Below the pieces are notes generated by a model that made no database searches, was not told the origin of the DNA, and saw nothing but the letters and a program-made list of their open reading frames with translations. The position numbers were made by a program, and so were the translations under genes. A DNA stretch of 64,000 nt from Candidatus Parcubacteria bacterium (GTDB taxonomy: Bacteria; Patescibacteriota; Minisyncoccia; Minisyncoccales; JAGMDC01): positions 43,364-107,363 of the forward strand of contig JAGLYZ010000002.1 in the NCBI GenBank assembly GCA_023131895.1, given 5' to 3'. This document shows positions 26,068-35,056 of the stretch, in pieces (positions within the stretch are counted from its first letter, which is position 1; every line of letters begins with the position of its first letter).

Positions 26068-27909
26068 TTATTTGAAATTATCCTTGGTAATTCTTTCGAT
26101 CCTCAAATGGCTACTAATCTTTTTTAAAAATGGCGACATCGCTTCGGTTCTCAGATATCTAGACTTTTCATATCTTTCATGAAAAGACAAAATAACATCT
26201 TGTTTTGCTCTGGTTAGGGCAACATATAAAACCCTGAGTTCTTCTTTTATATCATGATTACGCGCAGGTATAAAAGTATCATTTAGCCATAGCACAAAAA
26301 CAAATTCTGCCTCTATCCCTTTAGCTGAATACATTGTTGTTACCAGAATTTTATCTTCTTTTGGAATCTCATCTTCTGAATCTAAAAGGCCAAATTTTTC
26401 ATGAATAAATTTGATGACCGAGCCAATGGAATAAAGTTTCTGTGTTTCTTCGTTAAGTGTAATATTCGCTTGAGAAAATAATGTTTCATCAACTAGTAAG
26501 TGGGGGAAAGCTTTTAACTCCTTCTGAAATTCGTTGATATTATCAATAACTCCGTGAAGCTTATTAAGACTAGTAAAGATTTCTTTTATAATTGGGGTTT
26601 CTAAGGTAGAGCAATAATCGTAAAGGGATTTTCCGACTTTCATAGCCTTTCGTCTTATATCAGTAATCTCCTTCGCTTTTAGTCCAACTATTTTTAACCA
26701 TTGTCTAAGGGCAAGACTATCAGAAGAATTTAACATTTTTAATACCAACAGAAGTCGCCAATAATTATCAGGAATATGAGCTTTTTCTTTTAGTTTTGTA
26801 GGTAAGGAAAATTCCGTTTCTAAAGTAGACGCTACTGTTTTTACAAATTTTGAAATAGGACAAAGAACCATAAAATCATTATAATTAAGCGACTCCCCGT
26901 TTCTATTGGTCTTTTTTCCCATTATCTCTTTTATTAACGAGGCAACTTTTTTAATTTGGATACCACTTTTTGTACATTGTAAAGTTAAAATCTTTTGTCC
27001 GTTATCAGCTGGAATATTAACTTTTCCACCAAGATAATTTTCACCCAAAATTAAGGATTGTGATGCTCGTAGAATATGGGGTGGTAATCTGTGAGAATCG
27101 GGAAAATATACTTTCTCCCATTTTTCTGATCCCAAACGTTCTCGTATTCCTTGGGGATATGCATGGCGAAAACCATAAATACTTTGGGCATCATCGCCCA
27201 CAATTATAACTTCGCTTCCCCATTTAAAACTTAATAAATCAATTAATTTTTGATCCATTGGATTCAAATCTTGATATTCATCAATTTGTAAAAATGCTGA
27301 CGGAAAATTAACTTGTTCTTTTTCCAGAATATCGCATGCGTATTTAACAATTCCGTCTAAATCAAAAGTATTATAAAACTTAAATAAGCAATCAAGGTGT
27401 CTTAAAACTTCTTGTCGTCTATCTTCAGGTATGGGACAATCTGTCCGAAAAGAACGAGTGCATTGATAATAATTAATATCTAAATCCAAACGATCTACAG
27501 AAACCTCAAGTTTAAGATCGTCAATTAATTCATTCAATAAAATCTTATGTTCGTTTCGGTCTTTTATTAAGATCGAGAATTTTGAATCTCGTTCAATTAG
27601 AGATGCATATTTATGAACTATGCTCTTAGCATAGGTATGTAAGGTACTAATCCTTGGAAACTCAAAATGAACTTTTACTCCATCGAAAGCATCCTCGCCA
27701 ACCTCTTTTCTTACTTTTTTATCGGTATCTCTACGACTTGTCCGAGTAAATGTAATAAATGATACTTCACGATTAGGATCGTCAATAAGTAGTCCTATCA
27801 TCCGTTCTACTATAGTACTAGTTTTTCCCGTGCCAGGCGCAGCGATAACAATAAGGGGTTTTCCCTTATGATCAATCACTGTTTTTTGTTCTTTACTTGG
27901 AAAACCCAT
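26068..27909 (-). CDS. SF1 UvrD/Rep-like DNA helicase (no nuclease domain)
   Basis: Motifs AAPGTGKT, IDEYQDLN, VGDDAQSIYGFR, TTMYSAKGIEAEFVFV, VALTRAK; 613 aa. Confidence 0.8.
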   Translation of the reverse strand: MGFPSKEQKTVIDHKGKPLIVIAAPGTGKTSTIVERMIGLLIDDPNREVSFITFTRTSRRDTDKKVRKEVGEDAFDGVKVHFEFPRISTLHTYAKSIVHKYASLIERDSKFSILIKDRNEHKILLNELIDDLKLEVSVDRLDLDINYYQCTRSFRTDCPIPEDRRQEVLRHLDCLFKFYNTFDLDGIVKYACDILEKEQVNFPSAFLQIDEYQDLNPMDQKLIDLLSFKWGSEVIIVGDDAQSIYGFRHAYPQGIRERLGSEKWEKVYFPDSHRLPPHILRASQSLILGENYLGGKVNIPADNGQKILTLQCTKSGIQIKKVASLIKEIMGKKTNRNGESLNYNDFMVLCPISKFVKTVASTLETEFSLPTKLKEKAHIPDNYWRLLLVLKMLNSSDSLALRQWLKIVGLKAKEITDIRRKAMKVGKSLYDYCSTLETPIIKEIFTSLNKLHGVIDNINEFQKELKAFPHLLVDETLFSQANITLNEETQKLYSIGSVIKFIHEKFGLLDSEDEIPKEDKILVTTMYSAKGIEAEFVFVLWLNDTFIPARNHDIKEELRVLYVALTRAKQDVILSFHERYEKSRYLRTEAMSPFLKKISSHLRIERITKDNFK

Positions 27910-27935
27910 AAAAAATTATTTACTAGTCAACTTGA

Positions 27936-28118
27936 TTAGATCTTCTTCTTTGATTTATATCTTTGAGAATTTACTCTCCTATCAATTTTGAAGAGTAAAT
28001 CAAAAAATCCGACAAGATTATTGGCTGCTTCAAAAGTTTCTTGTCTGCTTAACTTTTTACCATAATCTTTTTCAAATATTTTCTGAAATCTTTTAATGGT
28101 TTCTTCTGAAATTTGCAT
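27936..28118 (-). CDS. hypothetical small protein (60 aa)
   Basis: ORF sandwiched with small spacers in an apparent operon 28722->26068. Confidence 0.3.
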   Translation of the reverse strand: MQISEETIKRFQKIFEKDYGKKLSRQETFEAANNLVGFFDLLFKIDRRVNSQRYKSKKKI

Positions 28119-28143
28119 GGATTATTTTTTCCCTTTCTAAAAA

Positions 28144-28722
28144 TCATATTTTTAATAAAAGAGGTTTTCGACTTCTGTCGGTCGTGATTTTAATGATTGC
28201 TTTCTGTAATAATTGTTCATATGTTTTAGGTACTTTTATCTCCTCTTTTTTAAAAGAAATAGGTCTCCAATAACTAAAAAATATCCGTTTATATGTTTTT
28301 AATAAAAAATCAACTCGAATAAACTTTTCTGATTGATGTTTTAAGAAAATTGGTAAAAATATAGGTTTTCTTTCTAAACTTTTCTTTTCATCAATAAGTT
28401 GATCGACAATCATCGCTTCATTTTTTTTATTTTCTTGAATTGCTTCACAAATTTTTACATAATTAGATTTACATCTATAATTATCTTTCCCTATCCATTC
28501 TGCTTGAATATTCTCAATTATTAAATTTTCCTTTGAAGCATTAACTAACTTTAAAGTCATAAACCAATCAAGCATAGAGAATCTATCAATAGGTATAGTT
28601 AAATCAAACCCTGCAGCACTCACAGTAGCCGGCACAATACTTACCGAAAACTGCCCGAATGAGACTGGTTTTACTTTGTTTATATCTATTATTTTATCTA
28701 TTTTTACTAAATTTACATCCAT
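28144..28722 (-). CDS. hypothetical protein (192 aa)
   Basis: First gene of the apparent three-gene operon with the SF1 helicase; no recognisable motif. Confidence 0.4.
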   Translation of the reverse strand: MDVNLVKIDKIIDINKVKPVSFGQFSVSIVPATVSAAGFDLTIPIDRFSMLDWFMTLKLVNASKENLIIENIQAEWIGKDNYRCKSNYVKICEAIQENKKNEAMIVDQLIDEKKSLERKPIFLPIFLKHQSEKFIRVDFLLKTYKRIFFSYWRPISFKKEEIKVPKTYEQLLQKAIIKITTDRSRKPLLLKI

Positions 28723-28903
28723 TTTAATTTTTCTTTTTTATGTTTCCTTTGTTTTTTCTGTACCTAGACTCCCAACTCTGATTTAATTTTTTCTCGTATT
28801 TGATATGTAAATACCTCTGTTAAGGGAATAACCTGGAGACAATTTGGACATTTTATTGTTTGTTCTAGAATAGGTTCTTTTTTCAATTAATTTTAACTAT
28901 TAA

Positions 28904-31261
28904 TTATATTTCTAGATCTCCTAATGCAGTTATCATTGGAAGTAAGGTTGGGGAAATCGCTCTTGAAAATTGTGAAATTTTCTCAAAAACCGACATAGCA
29001 CCAACTTTTGCGTCTTTAAAGGTTTTTTCTTTTTCAGCTTTTTTGTCAAAATCAAGGAAAGATATACCCAAAAGAACCATACCATACTTAAATCTTGCTT
29101 CTAAAATTTTAGGGTCAGTTTTTATATTTCCTTTTATCTCCATTTGAAGATAAATATTATCCATATTTATGTAAAAATCGTATCCTGCCTCCTCTCCCGC
29201 ATCTAATACATACAAAGCGCTTTTTTCATCGAACTTATATTTTTCCCACTCGTTTCTTCTCACCTCACAGATGTTAGGAATATCAAGATGAGCCGAGTCT
29301 TGTCTATCTGAACCTTTTTTCTTACCGGGAGACTTTTTCTTTTTATTCTCTCCATTATTATTTCCTTCGTTTTCCTGCGGTTGATCTATAATTATGCAAA
29401 ATTCATTTAAAAATGGTTCAACCCGGGTTATATCAGACACTTCTGATTGAAAGTATAGCTTGTCCCCGATTTTTACATCGGACAGCATTTCGATTGTTAA
29501 CGTGGCAATACCATTCCACAAATTTATAGAATGGTTTTTGGTAGCTATATTGTTAATTTTAATGATTAACTCGCCAGGTTCTTTGTCGCGATTAAAATAA
29601 TCATTTTCAGCATCGGTTTCATATTGGACACGAAATTTTGTATTACTTATGGGACACACTTTTGGCTTTGATTTTGTATATTCTTTATCTAATTTGAAAT
29701 AAGTAGGAAATTCCTTGCCTTTAAATTTCCCTTTCCCTGATACCCCCGTAAGCTTAAACGGATTTTTAATTCTTATACCTTTTGTAAAAAGGCTTGATAA
29801 TGATGGGGATTTTTTTATTATATTCTCTAAGATATCCGCTAACGGTTTTGAATCCTGCAACTTGTTTTCAATATCTTCTCTTCTCCTTTTTTCCCTCAAG
29901 TCTCTAAGTCCTTGGTGATTTTTAATAATATCTTCAAGGGACGCTTCGATTTCATCTTGCATCGGTCCACCGCTCAACCTGTCACGACTATTCATAAACA
30001 AATCTTCTTGCATTCTTCTATTAATTTTTGAACAATCTACCATAACCAAAATACTATCTACGAGGTAACCCATACGAACTGACTGCCGTTCAAAGAATGA
30101 CTTTAACAAAAAACCGTGCGTTTGGCCATTAACTGTAAAAATAATTCCTTCTTGGCCGGCATAAGTTTCTCTTTTTCCGGACTTAAATGCAAAAATTGAA
30201 TAATCCATTTTTTGTCCCCTGATAACAAGTTCACCAGAGCTTGGAAAGTTATCTTCAAGATTTTCTCGTTTATCTTCATCAAGTCTAACACTCAATCCGG
30301 AAAGTATTTTCAAGGGGCTTTTCTCATATCTAACATCGGCCACTTTTATAGGAAGAGCAATATTTGGCATCAAAAGTGAAAGTCTATTATGCAAGTGACG
30401 TGTGGCATCAGATCTTAAGCGACCTGTCCCTATTTGGTATTCATAAACTTTTACAAAAGTTCCGTGAGTTATAGGTTTTTTGTATGGCCGTATATCCTCT
30501 CCGGGCAATAACGGCAGAGACGATGAATTAAAAGAAAGAATTTTACCACCGGGAGCGAGATAAATAAAAACAGAACTTCTCATTTGACCAACTGGACTTT
30601 TCCTTCTAATAATTGTCATACCCCATTTATCATCTATATTTTCTTCTTTTATTCCAGGGTCTCTCTTTGATATGATTAGCTGTAAATTATGTTCCGGACT
30701 ACCAAATCTAAAAACTCCCGTTCCGCCCATTCCAAATTTACCTTGCACAAACTGAATTTTACTTTTATTACCCCTATTAAGAGAAAGAAAAGTATTAAGA
30801 AAAGATTTTGGTGACTGTCCTTCGCCTAAATCAACTATTGAATATGAAGGGTTTGCATTAGTCCCTTTTTCACCAGATGCAATTAAAAAAATATTTTCAG
30901 CAATTTTCGATCTTGTACTAGCGTCAATTAAAGATAACTTACCATTATAAATACCAAAATACTTTTTTTGGGCTTCGGCTATGTTTTTTGGTGCAGCGTC
31001 ACTTTCGGGCTTGATCCCGCTCCTCAAACATTCTCGCATTAATACCGCATCTACAGAATTAATAATTTTTTCAACGAGAGCAGTATCTGGTGCGCTCTGC
31101 TGATTACCGATAGTTGACCAATTTCCCTGACTCTCGTCAATTTCCTTCCACGTATTCTCGTCTTTCCATAAATTAAAACTATTTAATACTCCGATAACTT
31201 CTTTTTCTGTTTCTGCTTTTGCTAATAAAAGCGTTAGATTTTTGATATCTTCATTTACCAT
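28904..31261 (-). CDS. GHKL/Bergerat-fold ATPase domain protein (HATPase_c_3-like, MORC/Hsp90-like ATP-binding site) with about 550-aa uncharacterised C-terminal region
   Basis: N-box EKIINSVDAVL (E-x3-N-x2-DA), G1 box IVDLGEGQSP (D-x-G-x-G), G2 box GKFGMGGTGVF in the N-terminal 200 aa; 785 aa. Confidence 0.6.
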   Translation of the reverse strand: MVNEDIKNLTLLLAKAETEKEVIGVLNSFNLWKDENTWKEIDESQGNWSTIGNQQSAPDTALVEKIINSVDAVLMRECLRSGIKPESDAAPKNIAEAQKKYFGIYNGKLSLIDASTRSKIAENIFLIASGEKGTNANPSYSIVDLGEGQSPKSFLNTFLSLNRGNKSKIQFVQGKFGMGGTGVFRFGSPEHNLQLIISKRDPGIKEENIDDKWGMTIIRRKSPVGQMRSSVFIYLAPGGKILSFNSSSLPLLPGEDIRPYKKPITHGTFVKVYEYQIGTGRLRSDATRHLHNRLSLLMPNIALPIKVADVRYEKSPLKILSGLSVRLDEDKRENLEDNFPSSGELVIRGQKMDYSIFAFKSGKRETYAGQEGIIFTVNGQTHGFLLKSFFERQSVRMGYLVDSILVMVDCSKINRRMQEDLFMNSRDRLSGGPMQDEIEASLEDIIKNHQGLRDLREKRRREDIENKLQDSKPLADILENIIKKSPSLSSLFTKGIRIKNPFKLTGVSGKGKFKGKEFPTYFKLDKEYTKSKPKVCPISNTKFRVQYETDAENDYFNRDKEPGELIIKINNIATKNHSINLWNGIATLTIEMLSDVKIGDKLYFQSEVSDITRVEPFLNEFCIIIDQPQENEGNNNGENKKKKSPGKKKGSDRQDSAHLDIPNICEVRRNEWEKYKFDEKSALYVLDAGEEAGYDFYINMDNIYLQMEIKGNIKTDPKILEARFKYGMVLLGISFLDFDKKAEKEKTFKDAKVGAMSVFEKISQFSRAISPTLLPMITALGDLEI

Positions 31262-31265
31262 ATTT

Positions 31266-31487
31266 CTATAATTTAAATTTTTTATGTTTAGGGAAGTGAA
31301 ATTTTCCTTTTACTTCTCTCAATTTAAAATCAATTACATTAAAAATCTTTTTAATTTCTTCTTCATTATATTGGTAGGCACTTCTATTGGCACAGTTACC
31401 AAGAACCTTAAGTCTTTTTAGAACCTCATTAGTCCTATATGTGGCTAGTCTTTTAAACCTTTCTCTTTTTTCGTTTTGTTTAGTCAT
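31266..31487 (-). CDS. hypothetical basic protein (73 aa), first gene of the operon with the GHKL ATPase
   Basis: ORF 4 nt upstream of the GHKL gene. Confidence 0.4.
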   Translation of the reverse strand: MTKQNEKRERFKRLATYRTNEVLKRLKVLGNCANRSAYQYNEEEIKKIFNVIDFKLREVKGKFHFPKHKKFKL

Positions 31488-31521
31488 AATTTTTATTGTT
31501 TATTTAGCAAATAATAACCTT

Positions 31522-31552
31522 ATACGATAAGGATATGATATCCTTATCGTAT
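31522..31552. promoter_or_regulatory. perfect 31-bp palindrome ATACGATAAGGATAT-g-ATATCCTTATCGTAT (15-bp arms), candidate operator about 35 nt upstream of the 73-aa gene
   Basis: Arms read directly; perfect complementarity. Confidence 0.5.
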
Positions 31553-31622
31553 TGTCAATAGTCTTGCCTGTGGATAACTTTTAGTTGATTTTTTTGGCAA
31601 TTTTTGGCAGAAAATAAAAACT

Positions 31623-31645
31623 GCCCAGCTCATTGCTGGGCGGCT
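31623..31645 (-). terminator. intrinsic terminator downstream of tRNA-Gln
   Basis: On the minus strand GCCCAGCaatgaGCTGGGC followed by AGTTTTT. Confidence 0.5.
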
Positions 31646-31668
31646 CAGTCACCTGACTTAGCATGTGA

Positions 31669-31742
31669 TGGCTGCCGGGTTAGGATTCGAACCTAAATAG
31701 ACAGCTCCAAGGGCTGTTGTCCTACCGTTAGACGACCCGGCA
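31669..31742 (-). tRNA. tRNA-Gln (anticodon TTG), CCA encoded
   Basis: Cloverleaf folded by hand: acceptor UGCCGGG/CCCGGCA (U1:A72, G73 as in bacterial tRNA-Gln), anticodon stem ACAGC/GCUGU with loop CCUUGGA (unusual C33), T-arm AGGUUCGAAUCCUA. Confidence 0.75.
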
Positions 31743-31753
31743 ATCTTTTATTT

Positions 31754-32866
31754 TTACTTTCCTACAATTATCTCCACAATCGCCAATTCTAAGGGCAATT
31801 GCGGTATTGATGAATATTTGATTCTGTTTTCTGCTTGTAGAAAAAGGTTTATGATTTTTTGAAGTTCCAGTTCTGTAAATTTCTCTGTTTGCTTTTCAAG
31901 ATGCTGGACCTCTTCTTTAGTTAAGCCGGTAATTAGCGGATTATCCTCTCCTGCTCCTCCGCTTATTTTTAAAAGCAATGCCTGCCTTAAATAATTTACT
32001 AATGCCTTGCTCAATTCCTGAACATCCTGGCCTTTATCAATTATATTATTTAAAAAATCAATGGTTTCCGCTGGTTTTTTTTGAATAATCAAATCAGTAA
32101 ATTTGCTTACCTGATTTATTTCTACCAAACCTAATATGTCTTTAATATCCTCTGCTTTTATTTCTTTTTTTCTGTCTAAACTAAAAGCGGAAACTCTGTC
32201 TAATAAACTTTCTGCGTCTCTTACTGCTCCGCCAGCATTCAAAGCAATTAATTCTAAAGCTGGTTTTTCAATCTTAATGCCTTCTTTTCCGCAAATAAAT
32301 TCTAATCTTTTGATAATTTCCTCTAATGTTAACTTGCGGAAATCAAATCTCTGGCAGCGGGAAAGAATAGTAGAAATCATTTTATGGATTTCAGTAGTGG
32401 CTAAAATAAATATGGCATAGGATGGCGGTTCTTCTAATGTTTTTAATAAAGCATTTGACGCTTCTTTGGTTAATTGATGGCATTCGTCAATAATAAATAC
32501 CTTGTATTTTGATTTAGTGGGCCCGAACCTAATGCCGTCCCTTAAATCTCTCATTTCATCAATCCCTCTGTGCGAAGCGGCATCAATCTCAATTAAATCT
32601 ATTGCTCTGCCCTGCTTGATTTCCAAACAGGAAGAGCATTCATTGCAAGGTTCAAAACTATCTTGTTTTCTTTTTTCACAATTTACCGCTTTTGCTAAAA
32701 TCCTGGCAATGGAAGTCTTTCCAGAACCGCGCGGCCCGGAAAATAAATATGCATGGGAAACCATTCCTGAAGCAAGAGCGTTAGTCAGGGTTTTAACGAT
32801 ATACTCCTGGCCAACAATCTCTTTAAATGTCTGGGGCCTGTATTTTCGATATAAAGCTAAGCTCAT
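31754..32866 (-). CDS. dnaX: DNA polymerase III subunit gamma/tau (short form)
   Basis: AAA+ clamp-loader motifs: LFSGPRGSGKTS, Zn module CxxC...CxxC (CNECSSC), DEC box IIDECHQL, sensor motifs; 370 aa. Confidence 0.9.
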   Translation of the reverse strand: MSLALYRKYRPQTFKEIVGQEYIVKTLTNALASGMVSHAYLFSGPRGSGKTSIARILAKAVNCEKRKQDSFEPCNECSSCLEIKQGRAIDLIEIDAASHRGIDEMRDLRDGIRFGPTKSKYKVFIIDECHQLTKEASNALLKTLEEPPSYAIFILATTEIHKMISTILSRCQRFDFRKLTLEEIIKRLEFICGKEGIKIEKPALELIALNAGGAVRDAESLLDRVSAFSLDRKKEIKAEDIKDILGLVEINQVSKFTDLIIQKKPAETIDFLNNIIDKGQDVQELSKALVNYLRQALLLKISGGAGEDNPLITGLTKEEVQHLEKQTEKFTELELQKIINLFLQAENRIKYSSIPQLPLELAIVEIIVGK

Positions 32867-32867
32867 T

Positions 32868-33464
32868 TTATTTTTTGAAGACGATAAATTTATAGCCGAG
32901 GAAATTCCAAGTTAAGCCGACAAAAGAAGCAGTAATTGCCCCAAAATTTGCCCATTGAGCTAGATTCAAATTAAATTGAGGATCAACTAAATTTACTATT
33001 ATAGAAGCAGTTCCAACATTTATTGCAAAACCAATAGCGCTAATAACAAAAAACTGCAAAAATTCTTTTTTCGGCTTAACTGCTTTTTTCTTTTCAAATG
33101 TCCAGAATTTATTCCAAAAATAACTGTTGGTTGTGGCTGCTACAAAAGAAATTCCCTTAAAGAAAGAGTAATATGGGCCTAAAACAACTCCTGAAAATAA
33201 CATTAATAGATTTAAAATCCCTAAATCAATAATTGTGTTTAATACTCCTACTAAAACAAATTTAGCCAATTGCCAGAATACTTTTATTTTCTGGCTTAAA
33301 ATGTGAGCTATATAAAGACAGGTTAAACAAAAAACAGGCAGGAAAACAGGCCAAATCCAATATAACAGCTTTGCCTCCAAGCCGAGATTCTTTAAAATCC
33401 CAAAGCTTAATAAAGCAATTAGCTCTCCAATAACAAGAGCTACGATAATATCTGTCTTTTTCAT
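32868..33464 (-). CDS. GtrA-family membrane protein (duplicated GtrA-like repeat)
   Basis: 4+ TM helices; GtrA-type motifs (KFVLVGVLNTIIDLGILNLL; NSYFWNKFWTFEKK; NFLGYKFIVF). Confidence 0.65.
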   Translation of the reverse strand: MKKTDIIVALVIGELIALLSFGILKNLGLEAKLLYWIWPVFLPVFCLTCLYIAHILSQKIKVFWQLAKFVLVGVLNTIIDLGILNLLMLFSGVVLGPYYSFFKGISFVAATTNSYFWNKFWTFEKKKAVKPKKEFLQFFVISAIGFAINVGTASIIVNLVDPQFNLNLAQWANFGAITASFVGLTWNFLGYKFIVFKK

Positions 33465-33593
33465 ATTGTTTTATTCTATCAAAACTAACAATACTTGACA
33501 AGGTTTGATGGTTTGCTATTCTATATAAATAGCTTATGTTATACTGTGAAAATCATTTAATTCAATTTTGCGCTTGCTGCGCATGTTGTTGCG

Positions 33594-33672
33594 CCTCTTT
33601 CACAAGAGGTTAGTTGATGATTATTCATTGTTAATTGCTTATTCTTAACTGGCCTCTAAAAGAGGTTTTTTT
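33594..33672 (+). promoter_or_regulatory. cysK leader: two CCTCT...AGAGG SD-sequestering hairpins bracketing a 5-codon uORF (MIIHC-stop, ATG at about 33617) and a U-run
   Basis: Hairpin 1 CCTCTTtcacAAGAGG (33594-33609) occludes the uORF RBS; hairpin 2 GGCCTCTaaaAGAGGT (33651-33666) plus T7 occludes the cysK RBS-like AGAGG. Confidence 0.35.
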
Positions 33673-33678
33673 ATTGAT

Positions 33679-34521
33679 ATGACTATCTTAGATTTTATTG
33701 GCAATACTCCATTAGTAAAAATTGGAAATATCTTTGCTAAGTTAGAAGGGTTTAACCCTACTGGTTCTGTAAAAGACAGAATTGCTTTGGCAATGCTCGT
33801 GAAAGCTGAGAAAGAAGGTATTTTAACAAAAGGCAAAACAATTATTGAACCAACAAGCGGAAATACTGGGATTAGCTTGGCGATGTTCGGAGCGATAAAG
33901 GGATATAAGGTAAAAGTTGTAATGCCGGAATCAATGAAAATTATAAAAAGAGCTATGATAAAGGTTTTTGGCGGAGAGATAATTTTAGTTAAAGACAAGG
34001 ACTGGCGGGATAATGCCATAAAATTTACTAAGGGTTTAGCCGAAAAAGACAAAAACCTAGTGATGCTTAATCAATATGAAAATGAAATAAATGTAAAAGT
34101 CCACTATGAGAATACGGCAAAAGAAATTTTAGAACAGATAAACAACAGATCAATTGATTATTTTATTGCAGGCATTGGCACTGGCGGCACAATTACTGGA
34201 ATTGGAAAGCGGTTAAAAGAGAAATATCCGAATATAAAAATTATTGGAATTGAGCCGAAAAAGGGCTCAAATATTGAGGGATTAAAATCTTTAAAAGAAG
34301 GTTATGTGCCGCCAATTTTAGATTTAAAAGTTATTGACAAAATAATTGAAGTTGAAGAAAAAGATGCTTTATTTTGGCAAAAAAAATTAGCCAAAGAATA
34401 TGGCATTTTTGTTGGTATCTCATCTGGCGCGGCAATGTTTCTTAGCCAAAAATTTGCCCAAAAAAATCCTAACGGAACGATTGTCACAATTTTTCCTGAC
34501 AGAGGTGAAAAATATTTGTAA
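33679..34521 (+). CDS. cysK: cysteine synthase (PLP-dependent, CysK/CysM family)
   Basis: PLP-lysine motif PTGSVKDR, glycine-rich GNTG and GIGTGGT loops; 280 aa. Confidence 0.85.
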   Translation: MTILDFIGNTPLVKIGNIFAKLEGFNPTGSVKDRIALAMLVKAEKEGILTKGKTIIEPTSGNTGISLAMFGAIKGYKVKVVMPESMKIIKRAMIKVFGGEIILVKDKDWRDNAIKFTKGLAEKDKNLVMLNQYENEINVKVHYENTAKEILEQINNRSIDYFIAGIGTGGTITGIGKRLKEKYPNIKIIGIEPKKGSNIEGLKSLKEGYVPPILDLKVIDKIIEVEEKDALFWQKKLAKEYGIFVGISSGAAMFLSQKFAQKNPNGTIVTIFPDRGEKYL

Positions 34522-34567
34522 AAAAATAGAGGAGCAAACTAAATTTACTCCCATTTTTGGAAACTTT

Positions 34568-34897
34568 TTATTGTATTTTTGCTCCATTTAGAAATCGCTG
34601 GAACTCTAAGACATCTTTTGCCTTTTTGAGTTCTTTCTCTATGTCTACCAACTCTGTTATCTCTATAGTGTTAGTATTCACTATTGGAGCCTTACTGGCA
34701 TCGCTCGGTTTTTCAACCATCCAACTTCCACTTTTCACTTTCCTAAATCGCAATCCCTGTTTGTGTCCCTTTTTATCAATAAGTTCAAGACCAAGATGGT
34801 CAAAGTTTCTCTCTATCATGTGTAAAAAGCTTCTGATCTTTTTCCTGGCTCTCCTGACTTTTTTCGGCTCTGTTATCTCTTCTAGTTGTACTTTCAT
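34568..34897 (-). CDS. hypothetical basic protein (109 aa)
   Basis: ORF in a locally GC-richer segment; the overlapping 177-aa plus-strand ORF is low-complexity antisense. Confidence 0.4.
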   Translation of the reverse strand: MKVQLEEITEPKKVRRARKKIRSFLHMIERNFDHLGLELIDKKGHKQGLRFRKVKSGSWMVEKPSDASKAPIVNTNTIEITELVDIEKELKKAKDVLEFQRFLNGAKIQ

Positions 34898-34903
34898 TTT
34901 TTT

Positions 34904-35056
34904 TCACCTCCCGATTTTGCAAATCCTGTTTATATGCTTCTCGCTTGTGAAAATTTCACCTTTTCCACCCGGGAAAAATATAGCTCCGATATACATTCCT
35001 TTATCTGCTTTTTTTGCGGTCTTTACTATCCTTCTTACAGTTTCTTCTCTTCCCAT
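34904..35056 (-). CDS. hypothetical small protein (about 50 aa; likely start at internal Met of the 93-aa ORF, MGREETVRRIVKTAKK...)
   Basis: GGAGG RBS 8 nt upstream of the internal ATG; the upstream part of the ORF is hydrophobic, low-complexity and lacks an RBS. Confidence 0.3.
   Translation of the reverse strand: MGREETVRRIVKTAKKADKGMYIGAIFFPGGKGEIFTSEKHINRICKIGR

Noticed and set aside
31669-31742. Alternative anticodon assignments for the first tRNA (for example Lys-CTT) because position 33 is C, not U
   Set aside because: Only the ACAGC/GCUGU stem gives a 7-nt loop, and U1:A72 with G73 is the bacterial tRNA-Gln identity set. Called Gln-TTG with the C33 oddity noted.
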